From NCBI GenBank assembly GCA_003490025.1, contig DNJC01000018.1, positions 4,358 through 68,357 on the forward strand: a stretch of DNA of 64,000 nt, written 5' to 3'. This document shows positions 38,162 through 49,500 of the stretch, one piece after another; position 1 is the stretch's first letter; the number at the start of each line of letters is the position of its first letter. A model generated the notes under the pieces. That model saw only the letters and a list, made by a program, of their open reading frames with translations. It did no database searches and was not told the origin of the DNA. Origin of the DNA: Geobacter sp. (GTDB lineage: Bacteria; Desulfobacterota; Desulfuromonadia; Geobacterales; Geobacteraceae). The translations under genes and the position numbers were made by a program.

Positions 38162-39550
38162 ATGCCGAAAAAGTTAGCCATTGATACGGAAGCCCGCATT
38201 AGCGCAGAAATTGCCGGCCACCAAGCAGGGGTCGGCATGGATGCCCTGCATGCTCTGGTGAAAGATGTCATCAGCCGGCGGAGCTTGCAGCGCCGGCTGG
38301 CTCAATTCGTTGCCGAGGGGAAGGTTGTCAGGGAGGGCAACCAACGGGGGGTGCGTTATCGCCTTGCATCGGTTTCAGTAGAGGCCGGTATAACGCTTCC
38401 CTTACCTGTCGTCGAAGCCACTGCAGAAGCCTACATCCCGATTTCGCCGGAAGGCGAAGAAATCAGGGCGCATGTCCGGCAGCCCCGCCAGATGCGGACT
38501 CCAGTCGGATATAATCAGAGCTTTCTCGAAGCATACTATCCCAACGAAACATGGTATCTCACGGCAGAACTGAGGGAACAACTCCGGCAGATCGGCACAC
38601 CACCCGATGATGAGCGGCCGGCGGGAACCTTTGCCCGCGACATTCTGCATCGGCTGCTGATCGATCTTTCCTGGGCTTCATCGCGCCTCGAAGGCAACAC
38701 CTACAGTCGTCTCGATACCCAGCGCCTGATTGAACTCGGCCAGGCTGCCGAGGGGAAGGATGCGCTGGAAACCCAGATGATCCTCAACCACAAGGCTGCC
38801 ATCGAGTTATTGGTGAATGAAGCAGACCTTGTTGACTTTACTCCCTATTCGGTCTTCAGCCTGCATGCGCTTCTCTCCGATGGCCTCCTGGCGGACGGCA
38901 GGGCCTGTGGGAGGATTCGGCACCGGCCGGTCGACATCGGCGGCAGCGTCTACTTGCCGATTGCCATGCCGCAGAGGCTGGGGGAGCTTTTCAGCATCAT
39001 CCTTGCCATGGCGAAAGAGATCCGCGATCCATTCGAACAGGCCTTCTTCGTCATGGTGCATCTGCCCTACCTCCAGCCGTTTGAGGACGTCAACAAGCGC
39101 GTTTCCCGACTGGCTGCCAACATCCCGCTGATCCGGCACAACCTCTGTCCGCTCTCCTTTATCGATGTGCCGGAACGCCCATATGTTGAAGCCATGCTCG
39201 GGGTGTACGAGCTGAACCGGGTTGAACTGCTGCGCGATGTCTTCGTCTGGGCCTATGAACGCTCCTGCCAGCAGTATCTGGCGATCCGCCAGGAACTGGT
39301 GCCGCCGGATACCTTCCGCCTGCGGTACCGGCAAGCACTCAGCGCGGTAGTTAAAACGATTGTTCTTCAACAGCAATCGCCGACCACGGATGTGGTGACG
39401 ACGACCATTCCAGCGGAGGTTGCGGAAGAGGATCGCAGCAAGTTTGTAAAACTTGTATTGGAAGAGTTTGAAAATCTGCACGAAGGGAATGCGATACGTT
39501 TCGGCATTCGCCCTTTGGAGTTCGCGGCTTGGCAGGAGAACGCCAAGTAA
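38162..39550 (+). CDS. Fic family protein with N-terminal winged-HTH
   Basis: 'SRRSLQRRLAQFVAEGKV...RY' HTH, inhibitory motif 'SSRLEGN', Fic loop 'YLQPFEDVNKRVSR'. Confidence 0.88.
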   Translation: MPKKLAIDTEARISAEIAGHQAGVGMDALHALVKDVISRRSLQRRLAQFVAEGKVVREGNQRGVRYRLASVSVEAGITLPLPVVEATAEAYIPISPEGEEIRAHVRQPRQMRTPVGYNQSFLEAYYPNETWYLTAELREQLRQIGTPPDDERPAGTFARDILHRLLIDLSWASSRLEGNTYSRLDTQRLIELGQAAEGKDALETQMILNHKAAIELLVNEADLVDFTPYSVFSLHALLSDGLLADGRACGRIRHRPVDIGGSVYLPIAMPQRLGELFSIILAMAKEIRDPFEQAFFVMVHLPYLQPFEDVNKRVSRLAANIPLIRHNLCPLSFIDVPERPYVEAMLGVYELNRVELLRDVFVWAYERSCQQYLAIRQELVPPDTFRLRYRQALSAVVKTIVLQQQSPTTDVVTTTIPAEVAEEDRSKFVKLVLEEFENLHEGNAIRFGIRPLEFAAWQENAK

Positions 39551-39601
39551 AAGAGCCCTTTTTTGTCTGTCCATCGCCATTTTACCTAGACCATTATTCT
39601 C

Positions 39602-40183
39602 ATGACCACGAGAAAACCAGCCAAATCGACAGGTGCTGCTAAACCGCTCAAAAAGAAACCCTCCTGGAGCGATGTCAAGACAGCCATTGCCAATTTTGAA
39701 CGCTCGGCACTGATTGGTCTCATATCCGACCTGTATGCCTATAGCGCCTCGAACAAAAACTTCCTGCATGCCCGTTTTTCGCTTGGCAGCGATGCACTCA
39801 AACCTTACAAAAAGATTATCGATGATGCTCTCTATCCGGATGTCATTTCCAACAATTCGATTGAAATAGCGACCGCCAAGAAGGCTATATCCGATTATGG
39901 CAAGGCGGTGGGCGATCCGAAAGGGATGCTGGAACTGATGGTGTACTTTGTCGAGTGCGGCACCCGTTTCACTCTCGACTATGGTGATATCGATGAGCAT
40001 TACTATGCATCTCTGGAAAGGATGTTTGAAAAGGCCATCAAACTTTTGCTCACGCTTGATGAGGCAACTATTGACGACTTCTATGACCGTTTCGAGGATC
40101 TGGTGACATCAACCCGAAATATCGGATGGGGATTTCACGATACGTTGGGCGACATTTTCTATGAGGCCTTCCCGGAGGAGTGA
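39602..40183 (+). CDS. Hypothetical alpha-helical protein (DUF6155-like)
   Basis: Clean 193-aa ORF; 'LMVYFVECGTRFTLDYGDIDE.YY.SL..MF' recalled as a conserved DUF motif (unverified). Confidence 0.6.
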   Translation: MTTRKPAKSTGAAKPLKKKPSWSDVKTAIANFERSALIGLISDLYAYSASNKNFLHARFSLGSDALKPYKKIIDDALYPDVISNNSIEIATAKKAISDYGKAVGDPKGMLELMVYFVECGTRFTLDYGDIDEHYYASLERMFEKAIKLLLTLDEATIDDFYDRFEDLVTSTRNIGWGFHDTLGDIFYEAFPEE

Positions 40184-40187
40184 CAGC

Positions 40188-40672
40188 ATGCCACGCATGA
40201 AAAAACCGCACATCGCCACTCTCGATGAAGTCGTCATCACGCGCGACGGCGATTGTGGCGTGATCGACTTTCGCGCCCCACTGTGGGCGGTATGAATTTG
40301 AAAATCGGACCTGAAGTGTCCCTAATGACGGATCAGGAAATCCTGGAATGCTACAATGAGGTAATCCGGGCCATGCAGCGCTCCGTTGCTTCGTACAAGC
40401 ACCGGGCAGTAGAGGTCCCGCCCGGGAAAGATCAGGTTCGCTATTCCGAGCAGTGTGACCAGTGGGTTCCGCGCGGGGATGTGCTGCGCTGCGTGATCCA
40501 TGACGAAGCGGGGCGGCGTCCGGTCATTGAGATTGACGACAGGGAGTTCACTCTCGAGGAATTCGGCACCATGTTGACCACCTTTTCAGGGTGGGGAATG
40601 CGTATCGTCTTTGTCCCGGATACTGACCTGGAAAAGCGCCCTGTAATTGTGGTGAAGGACCCGAAACATTGA
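40188..40672 (+). pseudogene. Hypothetical protein split by an apparent 1-bp frameshift near 40275
   Basis: ATG 40188 with RBS GGAGGAG gives MPRMKKPHIATLDEVVITRDGDCGVIDFR then an early stop; protein-like sequence continues in the 40253..40672 frame (PTVGGMNLKIG...). Confidence 0.6.
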
Positions 40673-40684
40673 TGCTCCCAAGGG

Positions 40685-42085
40685 ATGCGGGAGTCCTGTA
40701 CATGTTGGAGTGAGGAACCGGTGGTGCATCTGGTGAGTGCGGAACGAAAGGGTAAGCTGCTGGAACTTGGTGCCGACCGGTTGGCCGATGCCCTGCTGGA
40801 ACTGGCAGGTAGGGATGAGTTTGCAGATGATCTGGTAGAACGGCTGATCGCGACGCCACAGGACAACATCGGCCGCTTCAGGACAAAACTGTCCGCCTTG
40901 CAACTGGAGCGACCCTTTATCGACTGGAGGCAGTCCTCCGAATTTGCCCGGGAACTGGAAAACCTGCTTGAGGACCTGCGGGCCGGCGTGACCGACCCTC
41001 GAACCGGAACCGAACTGGTGGCAGCTTTTTATCAGGCTGATTCAGCCATATTGGCGACCTGTGATGATTCCAGCGGACAAATAGGTGATCTGTTCCGATA
41101 TGATGCCAGGCATCTCTTTGTTGCCTATGCTGCGCGCTGCGCAGATAAACAATGGCTGGGAGATCTCGTCTTCAAGGTGATCCAGTGCGATGATTACGGC
41201 GTTCGGGATGTGCTGATTGGCTGCGCACGGGATTATCTGACCGAACCGGTTATGCGCGTCATGGTGGCACGGTTGCAGGAACTGGCCGCGGAGGAACCCG
41301 ATGAGTTCCGGAAGCGCCACTGGTTCCATAACGTCGAATCTCTTGCCCGGCAACTTAAGGACGCCCCCCTGTTTGAAGCGGCGCGGTTGGCCTCATGGGG
41401 GAGTCTCTCGACCGCAGCATGTGTGGATATTGCCCGTGTTTATCTGGAGTGCGGCCACGAACCGACCGCGTTAACTTGGCTGGAAAAGATCCCGGCAGCG
41501 GATACCTTCATGGTGGCTGAAAGAGATGGCCTGCTGCTTGAGATCTACGGCCGTTTAGGAAACCTGGCAAAACGGAACCAGGCCGCGTGGCGCATCTTCC
41601 GTCGCAGTCGCAACGCCGCGACCCTTGCGCTCCTGCTGGAGGTGATCGGCCAAAACAAAAAGGATGATGTGCTCGCTGGAGAGATCGGTGCCATTCTTGA
41701 GGCGACCATGTTTTCTCCGGGGGACGCCGATTTTCTCGTCGAAATGGAGAGGTGGGAGGCAGCGGAAACGTATGTAATGAACCTTGCCGACCAGATCAAT
41801 GGCGATTTCTACGGCAGTCTGCTCCCCCTGGCCGAAGCGATGGAGCAAGACGGGCGACCTCTGTGCGCCTCCGTAGTTTATCGGGCGCTTCTCGACTCGA
41901 TCCTGCGCCGGGGGCATACCAAAAGCTACCCACACGGGGTTCGCTATCTACGTAAGTTGGAGCGACTCGCCCAGGCAGTCGCCGACTGGCGCAACATAGC
42001 ACTACACAATGTTTACCTGCAGGGGATCAAGCTCAATCACGGCAGAAAAAGCAGCTTCTGGTCCCGATATGGGGGTAAAGGTTGA
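40685..42085 (+). CDS. Hypothetical helical-repeat protein (DUF6880-like)
   Basis: 466-aa ORF; 'LGADRLADALL', 'CDDSSG.IG', C-terminal 'HGRKSSFW'; start uncertain. Confidence 0.65.
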   Translation: MRESCTCWSEEPVVHLVSAERKGKLLELGADRLADALLELAGRDEFADDLVERLIATPQDNIGRFRTKLSALQLERPFIDWRQSSEFARELENLLEDLRAGVTDPRTGTELVAAFYQADSAILATCDDSSGQIGDLFRYDARHLFVAYAARCADKQWLGDLVFKVIQCDDYGVRDVLIGCARDYLTEPVMRVMVARLQELAAEEPDEFRKRHWFHNVESLARQLKDAPLFEAARLASWGSLSTAACVDIARVYLECGHEPTALTWLEKIPAADTFMVAERDGLLLEIYGRLGNLAKRNQAAWRIFRRSRNAATLALLLEVIGQNKKDDVLAGEIGAILEATMFSPGDADFLVEMERWEAAETYVMNLADQINGDFYGSLLPLAEAMEQDGRPLCASVVYRALLDSILRRGHTKSYPHGVRYLRKLERLAQAVADWRNIALHNVYLQGIKLNHGRKSSFWSRYGGKG

Positions 42086-42267
42086 TCGGTGGCAGAAAGA
42101 TGTTGGCAACCGTGTCCTGTCGCATAGGGCTTCGCTGTTCGCAAGGGAACTGGGACTGACGGAGTAGTTGCTGATAGGGGAACTAGCAATAGCTGATCCC
42201 TTTTTTTGTCCTGCGGCACTCATGCAACCTCGATTCATTTCCCGGTGAAAAAAGCGCCAGTTGAGTT

Positions 42268-42296
42268 TACGTACGAGGTATGGTAATACGTACGTA
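42268..42296. promoter_or_regulatory. Palindromic operator upstream of the TA operon
   Basis: TACGTACG (42268) and TACGTACGTA (42287) immediately before the GGAGG RBS. Confidence 0.55.
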
Positions 42297-42309
42297 GTGG
42301 AGGTGTCCT

Positions 42310-42555
42310 ATGCAAGCTAAGCTTACCCTCAGTCTCGAAAAGGATGTTATTGAACACGCGAAAGAATTTTCCCGTCGACAGCACAAGAGTCTGTCGAAGC
42401 TGGTTGAAAATTACCTGCGCCAGATAAGTTCGCCGGCCTCTGACGAGGAGGTTATTACCCCGCTGGTATCAGACTTGTCCGGGGTTATCATGCCCAAAGC
42501 TGCCGACAAGATAAAATCGGAGTATGCCAACTACTTGGCCGAGAAATACCGGTGA
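42310..42555 (+). CDS. Antitoxin (RHH-type, DUF6364-like)
   Basis: 'MQAKLTLSLEKDVIEHAK.F......SLSKLVENYL'; overlaps the PIN gene. Confidence 0.8.
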   Translation: MQAKLTLSLEKDVIEHAKEFSRRQHKSLSKLVENYLRQISSPASDEEVITPLVSDLSGVIMPKAADKIKSEYANYLAEKYR

Positions 42556-42971
42556 TTACCGTTTTCATTGACACAGACATCATTCTCGACCTTCTGACTA
42601 AGCGTGAGCCGTTTTACCCGCACGCTGCACGTCTCTTTTCACGGGTTGAGACAAAAAAGCTGAAGGCCTGTGTCTCATCCCTTATCTTCGCAAATCTTTT
42701 TTACATTCTTAGAAAAGAAACGTCAGCACCAACGGCCATCGCGATTCTGAAGAAACTGCGTCAGCTGGTGACTGTACTCCCGGTGGACGATAAAATCATC
42801 GCTCAATCACTGGATTCCGGATTCAGCGACTTCGAAGATGCCATCCAGTATCACACAGCGCTTAGTAAAGGCATCAACTATCTCCTCACACGCAATGTCA
42901 AGGATTACCGCAAGCCCGTAATTACCGTCTGCACGGCAGAAGAGTTCCTAGCGAGTGTTTCTCTGTCCTGA
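42552..42971 (+). CDS. PIN-domain (VapC-like) toxin
   Basis: 'VFIDTDIILD', 'DFEDAIQ', 'LLTRNVKDY' acidic PIN motifs. Confidence 0.88.
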   Translation: MITVFIDTDIILDLLTKREPFYPHAARLFSRVETKKLKACVSSLIFANLFYILRKETSAPTAIAILKKLRQLVTVLPVDDKIIAQSLDSGFSDFEDAIQYHTALSKGINYLLTRNVKDYRKPVITVCTAEEFLASVSLS

Positions 42972-43029
42972 TTCCAGGAAAAACAGGTACCCTAGTTCCC
43001 AAAGAAACTTATATTCTTATACGTGTCCC

Positions 43030-43054
43030 CTTAGCTCGCTTAGCTCCTTAGCTC
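43030..43054. repeat. Short tandem repeat CTTAGCTC x3
   Basis: Copies at 43030, 43039 and 43047. Confidence 0.8.
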
Positions 43055-43255
43055 GAAGATCCGATTTCCCCTGCTCAGTCCACCAGCGTTTACCGCAATG
43101 ACCTGAATTCCCTCTGTTCGACGTGCCCGTCATATACGGCAGCTATGTGGCATATGGTGGATTCGGTTGCCGATTTCTCCTTCGCCCTTACTCGCCCCTT
43201 TCCGCTTATGCCTTCAATATCAACCTGTTGCGAACTCTGATTCGCAGGCATGTCA

Positions 43256-43271
43256 TGGCACTATAGTTGTA
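43256..43271 (+). promoter_or_regulatory. Candidate sigma54 (-24/-12) promoter
   Basis: TGGCACTATAGTTGTA versus consensus TGGCACG-N4-TTGCA; spacing correct, but the -12 C is replaced by T. Confidence 0.35.
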
Positions 43272-43586
43272 ATGGCTATCCTGAAGCTTTGTTTGAAGAT
43301 CTGAACGGAACAAGGTGGCTCCAGTGAGACTACCTCGGCTGGACTTTGCCCGGGATTAATATGCCTGGCTATAAACCCGATAACAGCGTAAGGTTGCAGG
43401 ACTGAGCCGCCAGCCACATCATATCTCGTACTCGTTCGAACTCCCTCTCCTTTTATCATCTCCATCCACTTCTCTTCGACTCCTCTGGAACAGTCCTCAC
43501 AGTTCCTTTCCGAGTGCTACCTTCAGGTGGAATTCTTCACCGGGGCAGTCTGCTCGGACTTCGCAGGTTCAGTAAAAGGACAAATA

Positions 43587-46500
43587 GTGGACGTCGGCAT
43601 TCTCATAAGTTACTTCGCAAAACAGGATGAAGCTCGCAAAGCCCTCGGAATGCTGAGGCAGTTGAGGCTGGGCCGCACCGCCTTGGTGCACAGGGGGACG
43701 GATGGAGAGATCCGGATCGAAGATCCGCTCCCCTGGCGCCGCCTCCTCGGGGTCGCCCTGGCGGCCATCGCGTGCGCGGGAATCGGCGCGCTTGCCGCTT
43801 TGCTCCTGAACGGGCAGAAGCCTTTTGCGGCCGGGGGCGTTTCGGCCTACCTGGCGCTCCCCCTGACAACGGCCGCAATCGGCGCCCTGGCTGCGCTGGC
43901 ATGGCTGCGCAGCTCCAGGTTCCGCGTCGAGCCGGGGATCTTGCGCGACCATGCCCGCTGGCTCATGTCCGGGGAATCCGCCCTGATCCTCCAGGCGCCG
44001 GTCGACTCTTTGCAGGGTCCGGTGGCTCTGCTGCGGGAAAGCGGCGACATCCCTCCGGCGCTCTTCGTGATGCACCCCAGGTACGAGTGGCGGGCGGAAT
44101 CGCGGGGAACGGCGGTGAAACTCGCCCCGACGGAGATCCGGGAACATGCCCAGCGTCATGCCAGGGAGCAGCAGGTGGACCCCGCTCCCGAGCCGACGAC
44201 CGAACTGCTCAAGCGTCTCAGGCAGTCCCGTCAATGGATCCGCCGGGTCTGCGCCGATCTCACCGCTGCCAGCCGCCTGGAGCAGAAAGCCACGCCGGCC
44301 GCCGACTGGATACTCGATAACGAGTACATCCTGGAGGGAAACGCCCGCGATGTCCTGCTGAACCTCCCCCGGCGCTTTTACCGGGAGCTTCCCGCCCTCG
44401 CCACCGATCCCCATCGGGGGCTGCCGTGCATCTACGGTCTGGCCAAGAATCTCGTCTCCCATACCGAACTGCGCCTGGACCGGGAGAATATCCAGGACTT
44501 CATCGAGTCGTACCAGTCCGTGCGCATGCTTTCCATCGGAGAGCTCTGGGCGATTCCCCAGATGCTGCGCATAGCACTCATCGAAAGCATCCAGAGCCTT
44601 GCCATCACGGCCCTGGCCGACCTGCGCGAACGCCAGCTGGCCGAGTTCTGGGCCAACCGCCTGATCGCCGCCAACCGCCGCGATTCCAACCAGTTCTTCA
44701 CCATCCTGGCGGAACTCGCCAAGGCGGAACCGACGCCTACCCCCTATTTCGGCACCCAGCTGGTGGGCCTCCTTTACGACGAGGCTGCCGCCTTGGCCCC
44801 GGTCCAGAGCTGGCTGGAACGCGCGTTCAAGATCCCCGTGCACGACCTCAATCTGCGCGAGCAGAACCGGCAAACCAGGGAGCAGCTTTCCTGCGGCAAC
44901 GCCTTCACCAGCCTGCGCCAGCTTGCCCTTCTGGACTGGCGGGAGACCTTCGAGAAGCTGAGCGCCGTGGAGCAGATCCTGCGCCGGGATCCCGCCGGGG
45001 TCTATCCCGGGATGGACTTCGCGACCCGCGACCGCTGCCGCCGGACCATAGAGGTCCTCTCCCGCGGCTCGGCTCGCTCCGAGGTCGAGGTCGCCGAGCA
45101 GGCCGTAAAGCTTGCGGAAACGTCCCGGCGCGATTCGGCCGGCGACGAGAGGCTGAGTCACGTCGGTTCATGGCTCGACGGGGAGGGAAGGGCCCAGCTG
45201 GCCCGGCTCATCTCATGCCGGGAAGCGCGCAGGTACCGTGCCCTGGAATGGATCTATCGCCACCACGCCGCCGCCTATGCGCTGTGGATCGGCGGCCTGA
45301 GCGCGCTGTTCGTCGGGACGCTCCTTGGCGCCGCCCTGGCCACCGGTTCTGGCCCGAAAGGGTTCTCGCCCCCCGTCTTTTTCGCCCTGGCGCTCCTCCT
45401 CTTGATCCCGGCCAGCCAGCTGGCGATCGAGGTGGTCAATTACCTGGTAACGCGGCTGCTGCCGCCCCGCCCCTTGCCCAAAATGGATTTCGAGGATGCG
45501 GGAATTCCCGACGCCTTCCGCACCCTGGTGGTCGTGCCGATGATGCTGTCGAACGCGCAGACGGTGCGCGCCGAGGTGGAGAAGCTGGAGATCCGCTACC
45601 TGGCCAACAAGGAAGAGAATCTCCTCTTCAGCCTGTTCAGCGATTACTCCGACGCTTCTACGCTTTCGCGTGAGGATGACCAGGAGCTGCTGCAGATCGC
45701 GACCGCAGCCCTCACCGAACTCAACGAGCGCCACGCAGGCGAGCGGTTTTTCCTGTTTCACCGGGAGCGCACCTGGAGTCAAAGCGAGCAGAAATTCATC
45801 GGCTGGGAGCGCAAACGCGGCAAGCTCGAGGAGCTGAACGGCCTGATCGACGGCACGCGGCTCGATGACGCGCCACGCCTGGTCTACGTAGGGAGCGCGG
45901 AGCGTCTTGCCGACATCCGCTTCGTCATCACCCTGGACAGCGACACGCAGTTGCCGCACGCCTCGGCCCGCAGGATGGTCGAGACCCTGGCGCACCCCCT
46001 GAACCGCCCCCGCTTCGATGCGGCGGGCCGCATCAGCGGCGGCTACACCATCATCCAGCCGCGGGTGAGCCCGACCCTGTCGAGCACGAACGTCTCCACC
46101 TTCAGCCGTCTCTTCGCCGACGCGGTCGGTATCGACCCCTACACCCAGGCGGTCTCCGACGTCTACCAGGACTTAAGCGGCGAAGGGTCGTACCACGGCA
46201 AGGGGATCTACGATGTCCGCGCCTTCAGTCGCGTGCTGTCGGGACGCTTCCCTGAAGCGTGGGTGCTGAGCCACGACCTGATCGAAGGGGCCTACGTCCG
46301 GGTGGGGCTGGCCAGTGACATCGAACTCTTCGACGAGTTCCCCCAGGGGTACCAGAGCTACAGCAGCCGGGCCCACCGCTGGATTCGCGGCGACTGGCAG
46401 ATCGCGGGGTGGATTCTCCCGCGCGTCCCTACTCCCTCCGGCGGCAAGGAGCCGAACCCGCTCTCCATGCTGAACCGGTGGAAGATCCTCGACAACCTGC

Positions 46501-49500
46501 GCAGAAGCCTCCTGCCCGCCGCGAGCCTGGGGCTCCTGATCGCCTCCTGGCTCGTTTCCCCGACTATGGGAGCCCTCGCCTCGCTGGCGGTCGGCATGCA
46601 GCTACTCTTCCACCCCCTGGCGCAGCCTTTCACCATGGCGACCACCCGCAAGGGGTTGAGGCACTTCGCCCTGTCCAAGGTGCTGCACGACCTGTCGCGG
46701 GCGTCCGCCGACGCGGCGCTCTTGCCCCACCAGGCTGCAGTGGCCCTCGACGCCATCGCCCGGGTCTGCTACCGCCGCCTGGTCTCGCGGCGCGGACTTC
46801 TGGAGTGGACCGCCCAGGCGACCCACTGGAGCGCCTCCCGCCGGCAACCGCGCTTCGTCGGGACCCTGGCGCTCGGGAGCCTCTTCAGCGTCATGGTGGG
46901 AGTGGCGATCTGGCGCGTCATGCCGGCGAGCCTGCCGCAGGCTCTCCCCTGGCTCGTTTTGTGGCTCCTCTCCCCGCTCCTCGGCTGGCTCCTGAACCTG
47001 CGCCCGGTCGAAACGATGCAGGCGGCGCCGCTGCCGGCGGCCGACCGCCTGTTCCTGAGGCTCGTCGCCCGCCGAACCTGGCGCTACTTCTCCGCCTTCG
47101 TGAGCGCCGACACCTCGTGGCTTCCGCCCGACAACTACCAGGTCTCACACCTGAACAGCCTGGCCATGCGGACCAGCCCGACCAACATCGGCCTCTGGAT
47201 GTCGAGCGTGCTGGGCGCCCGCGATTGCGGGTACCTGACCCTCAACCAGGCCGTCGACGCCCTGAGCCGCACCATGGAAACCATCGGGCGCCTCGAGTTC
47301 CACCGGGGGCATCTGCTGAACTGGTACGACATCGGGACCCTGGCCCCTTTGGAGCCCCGCTACGTCTCCGGCGTCGACAGCGGCAACCTGCTGGGCGCCC
47401 TGGTGGCGCTGGAGCAGGGGCTTGAGGAGCTGCTGCACTTCCCGCTCATGGACGGCGCGGCCTTCGCCGGCTTCCACGACACCGGGAGCATCCTGAAACA
47501 GGTGGTAGGGCAGGAGCGCCTGGGGGGCTTCGACAGCCGGATCCTGGACGGGTTCCTGAAGAAGTGGGAAGCCCCGCCGGAGCGGATCGTCGAGCAACTG
47601 CGCCTTTTGCGCGGCATGAAGGGAAGCTTCAGGGTGCCCCTGGTTCCGGGGGGAGCGCCCTCCTGGGCCGGGGAGATGGAAGGGCAGGTGGAGGCATGGA
47701 TATCGCTGGCGGACCGCTATCTCGGCTGGATCGAGATCCTGGCCGAGAAAACCGAAACGGAGCTGGCCCCGCTGGGGCAGGCGGCGCTAAGCGCCATCCG
47801 GCAGGACCTGACTATAGCCCCATCGCTGACGGAGCTGGCCCAAGGCCGGAGCGAGTCGATCCGCATACTCAAGGAGATCCGAACTGCGTCTCCACAGGAT
47901 TCCTCGCCGCTTGCCGCCTGGCTCGACCGCGTGCTGGACGCGCACGCCACGGCGCAGTGGCTCTCGGGCGAGACCCTTGGGGCGCTGGAGTTCCTGGCCG
48001 GCCGGGTCCGGGAACTCTCGGCCGGGATGGACATGGCCTTTCTCTACGACCGCAAGCGCAAACTGTTCGCCATCGGCTACAACGTCTCCTCCGACCGCAT
48101 GGACGGCTCCTGCTACGATCTCCTGGCCAGCGAGGCGCGGCTGGGGAGTTTCGTCGCCATCGCCCGCGGCGAGGTCCCTTTGGAGCACTGGTTCTCCATG
48201 GGACGCCCCTACGGGGCCATCGGCCGGCAGCGGGTGCTCCTGAGCTGGACCGGGACCATGTTCGAATACCTGATGCCGCTTTTGTTCCAGCGCTCCTACG
48301 GCAATTCGCTTTTGGACAAGGCCGCCAGGGAAGCGGTGGCGATCCAGATCGCCTACGGCCGCACGCACCGTGTGCCGTGGGGCATCTCCGAGTCCGCCTT
48401 CGCCGACCAGGACCTCCACAAGAACTACCAGTACAAGGCGTTCGGCGTTCCGGCCCTGGGGCTTAAGCGCGGGCTGGACGAAAAGATCGTGGTCGCTCCC
48501 TATGCGACCCTCCTGGCGCTCCCCGTGGCGCCGGGCGAGAGCGTGGAGAACCTGAAGCGGCTGGCCGAGCTGGGGATGCTGGGCGATTTCGGCTTTTACG
48601 AGTCGATGGACTTCAGCCGGCGGGCGCAGCGCGACGTCGCGAGCGGGGCTCTCAAGCGCGGCGTGATCGTCGAGGCGTACATGGCCCATCACCAGGGGAT
48701 GGCGTTCCTCGCGCTGACCAACTTCCTCCAGGGCGACCCGTTCCCGCGCCGCTTCCACGGCGACGCGCGCGTGCGCGCCTTCGAGGCCCTGCTCCAGGAG
48801 CGCATCCCGGTCCTGCCCCCGCTGCACCTGATCTCGACGCGGCAGGGCGAACCCGCGCTTCTCGGCGTGGACCTGGTGGCGCCGGCGGGAACGACCTTCA
48901 CCACGCCCCATACCGATTCTCCCAAGAGCCTGCTGCTCGACAACGGCCGCTACGGCCTGATGCTCACCAACAGCGGGGGGGGCTACAGTCAATGGGCGGG
49001 CCAGGAGCTTACCCGCTGGCGCTCGGACCGGACCTGCGACAGCCGGGGGACCTTCTGCTACCTGCACGAGGCCGACCCGGAGCGCGTCTGGTCCAGCACC
49101 TATCACCCGGTCGGCGGCAAGCCCGAAGGGTATTCGGTGGAGTTCGCCCTGGAACGGGCCGTATTCCGCCGCACCGACAACGGCATCCAGACCGAGACGG
49201 AGGTCATCGTCTCGCCGGAAGACGACGTGGAGGTGCGCCGGGTCACCCTGATCAACCGCTCAGCCCACACCCGCAGACTCGACCTCACGAGCTACGTGGA
49301 ACTCTCCATGGCGCCCCACAACGCGGACCGCGCGCACCCGGCCTTCAACAAGCTGTTCATCCAGACCGAGGCGGTGCCCGACCAGGAAGCGCTCATCGCC
49401 TACCGTCGGGCGCGCAGCGAAAACGACCCGCCGCTGTACGTGGCGCACCGCCTGACCTTCGAGGCAGGCCGCGACGCCGCCCCAAGCGAGAAGCCGTGGC

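Noticed and set aside
43136-43173. c-di-GMP-I (GEMM) riboswitch suggested by GGTTGCCGA
   Set aside because: The GNRA-capped P2 and the GCAAA/GGAAA junction motifs are not found.
43253-43465. 70-aa minus-strand ORF
   Set aside because: No recognisable motif or convincing RBS.
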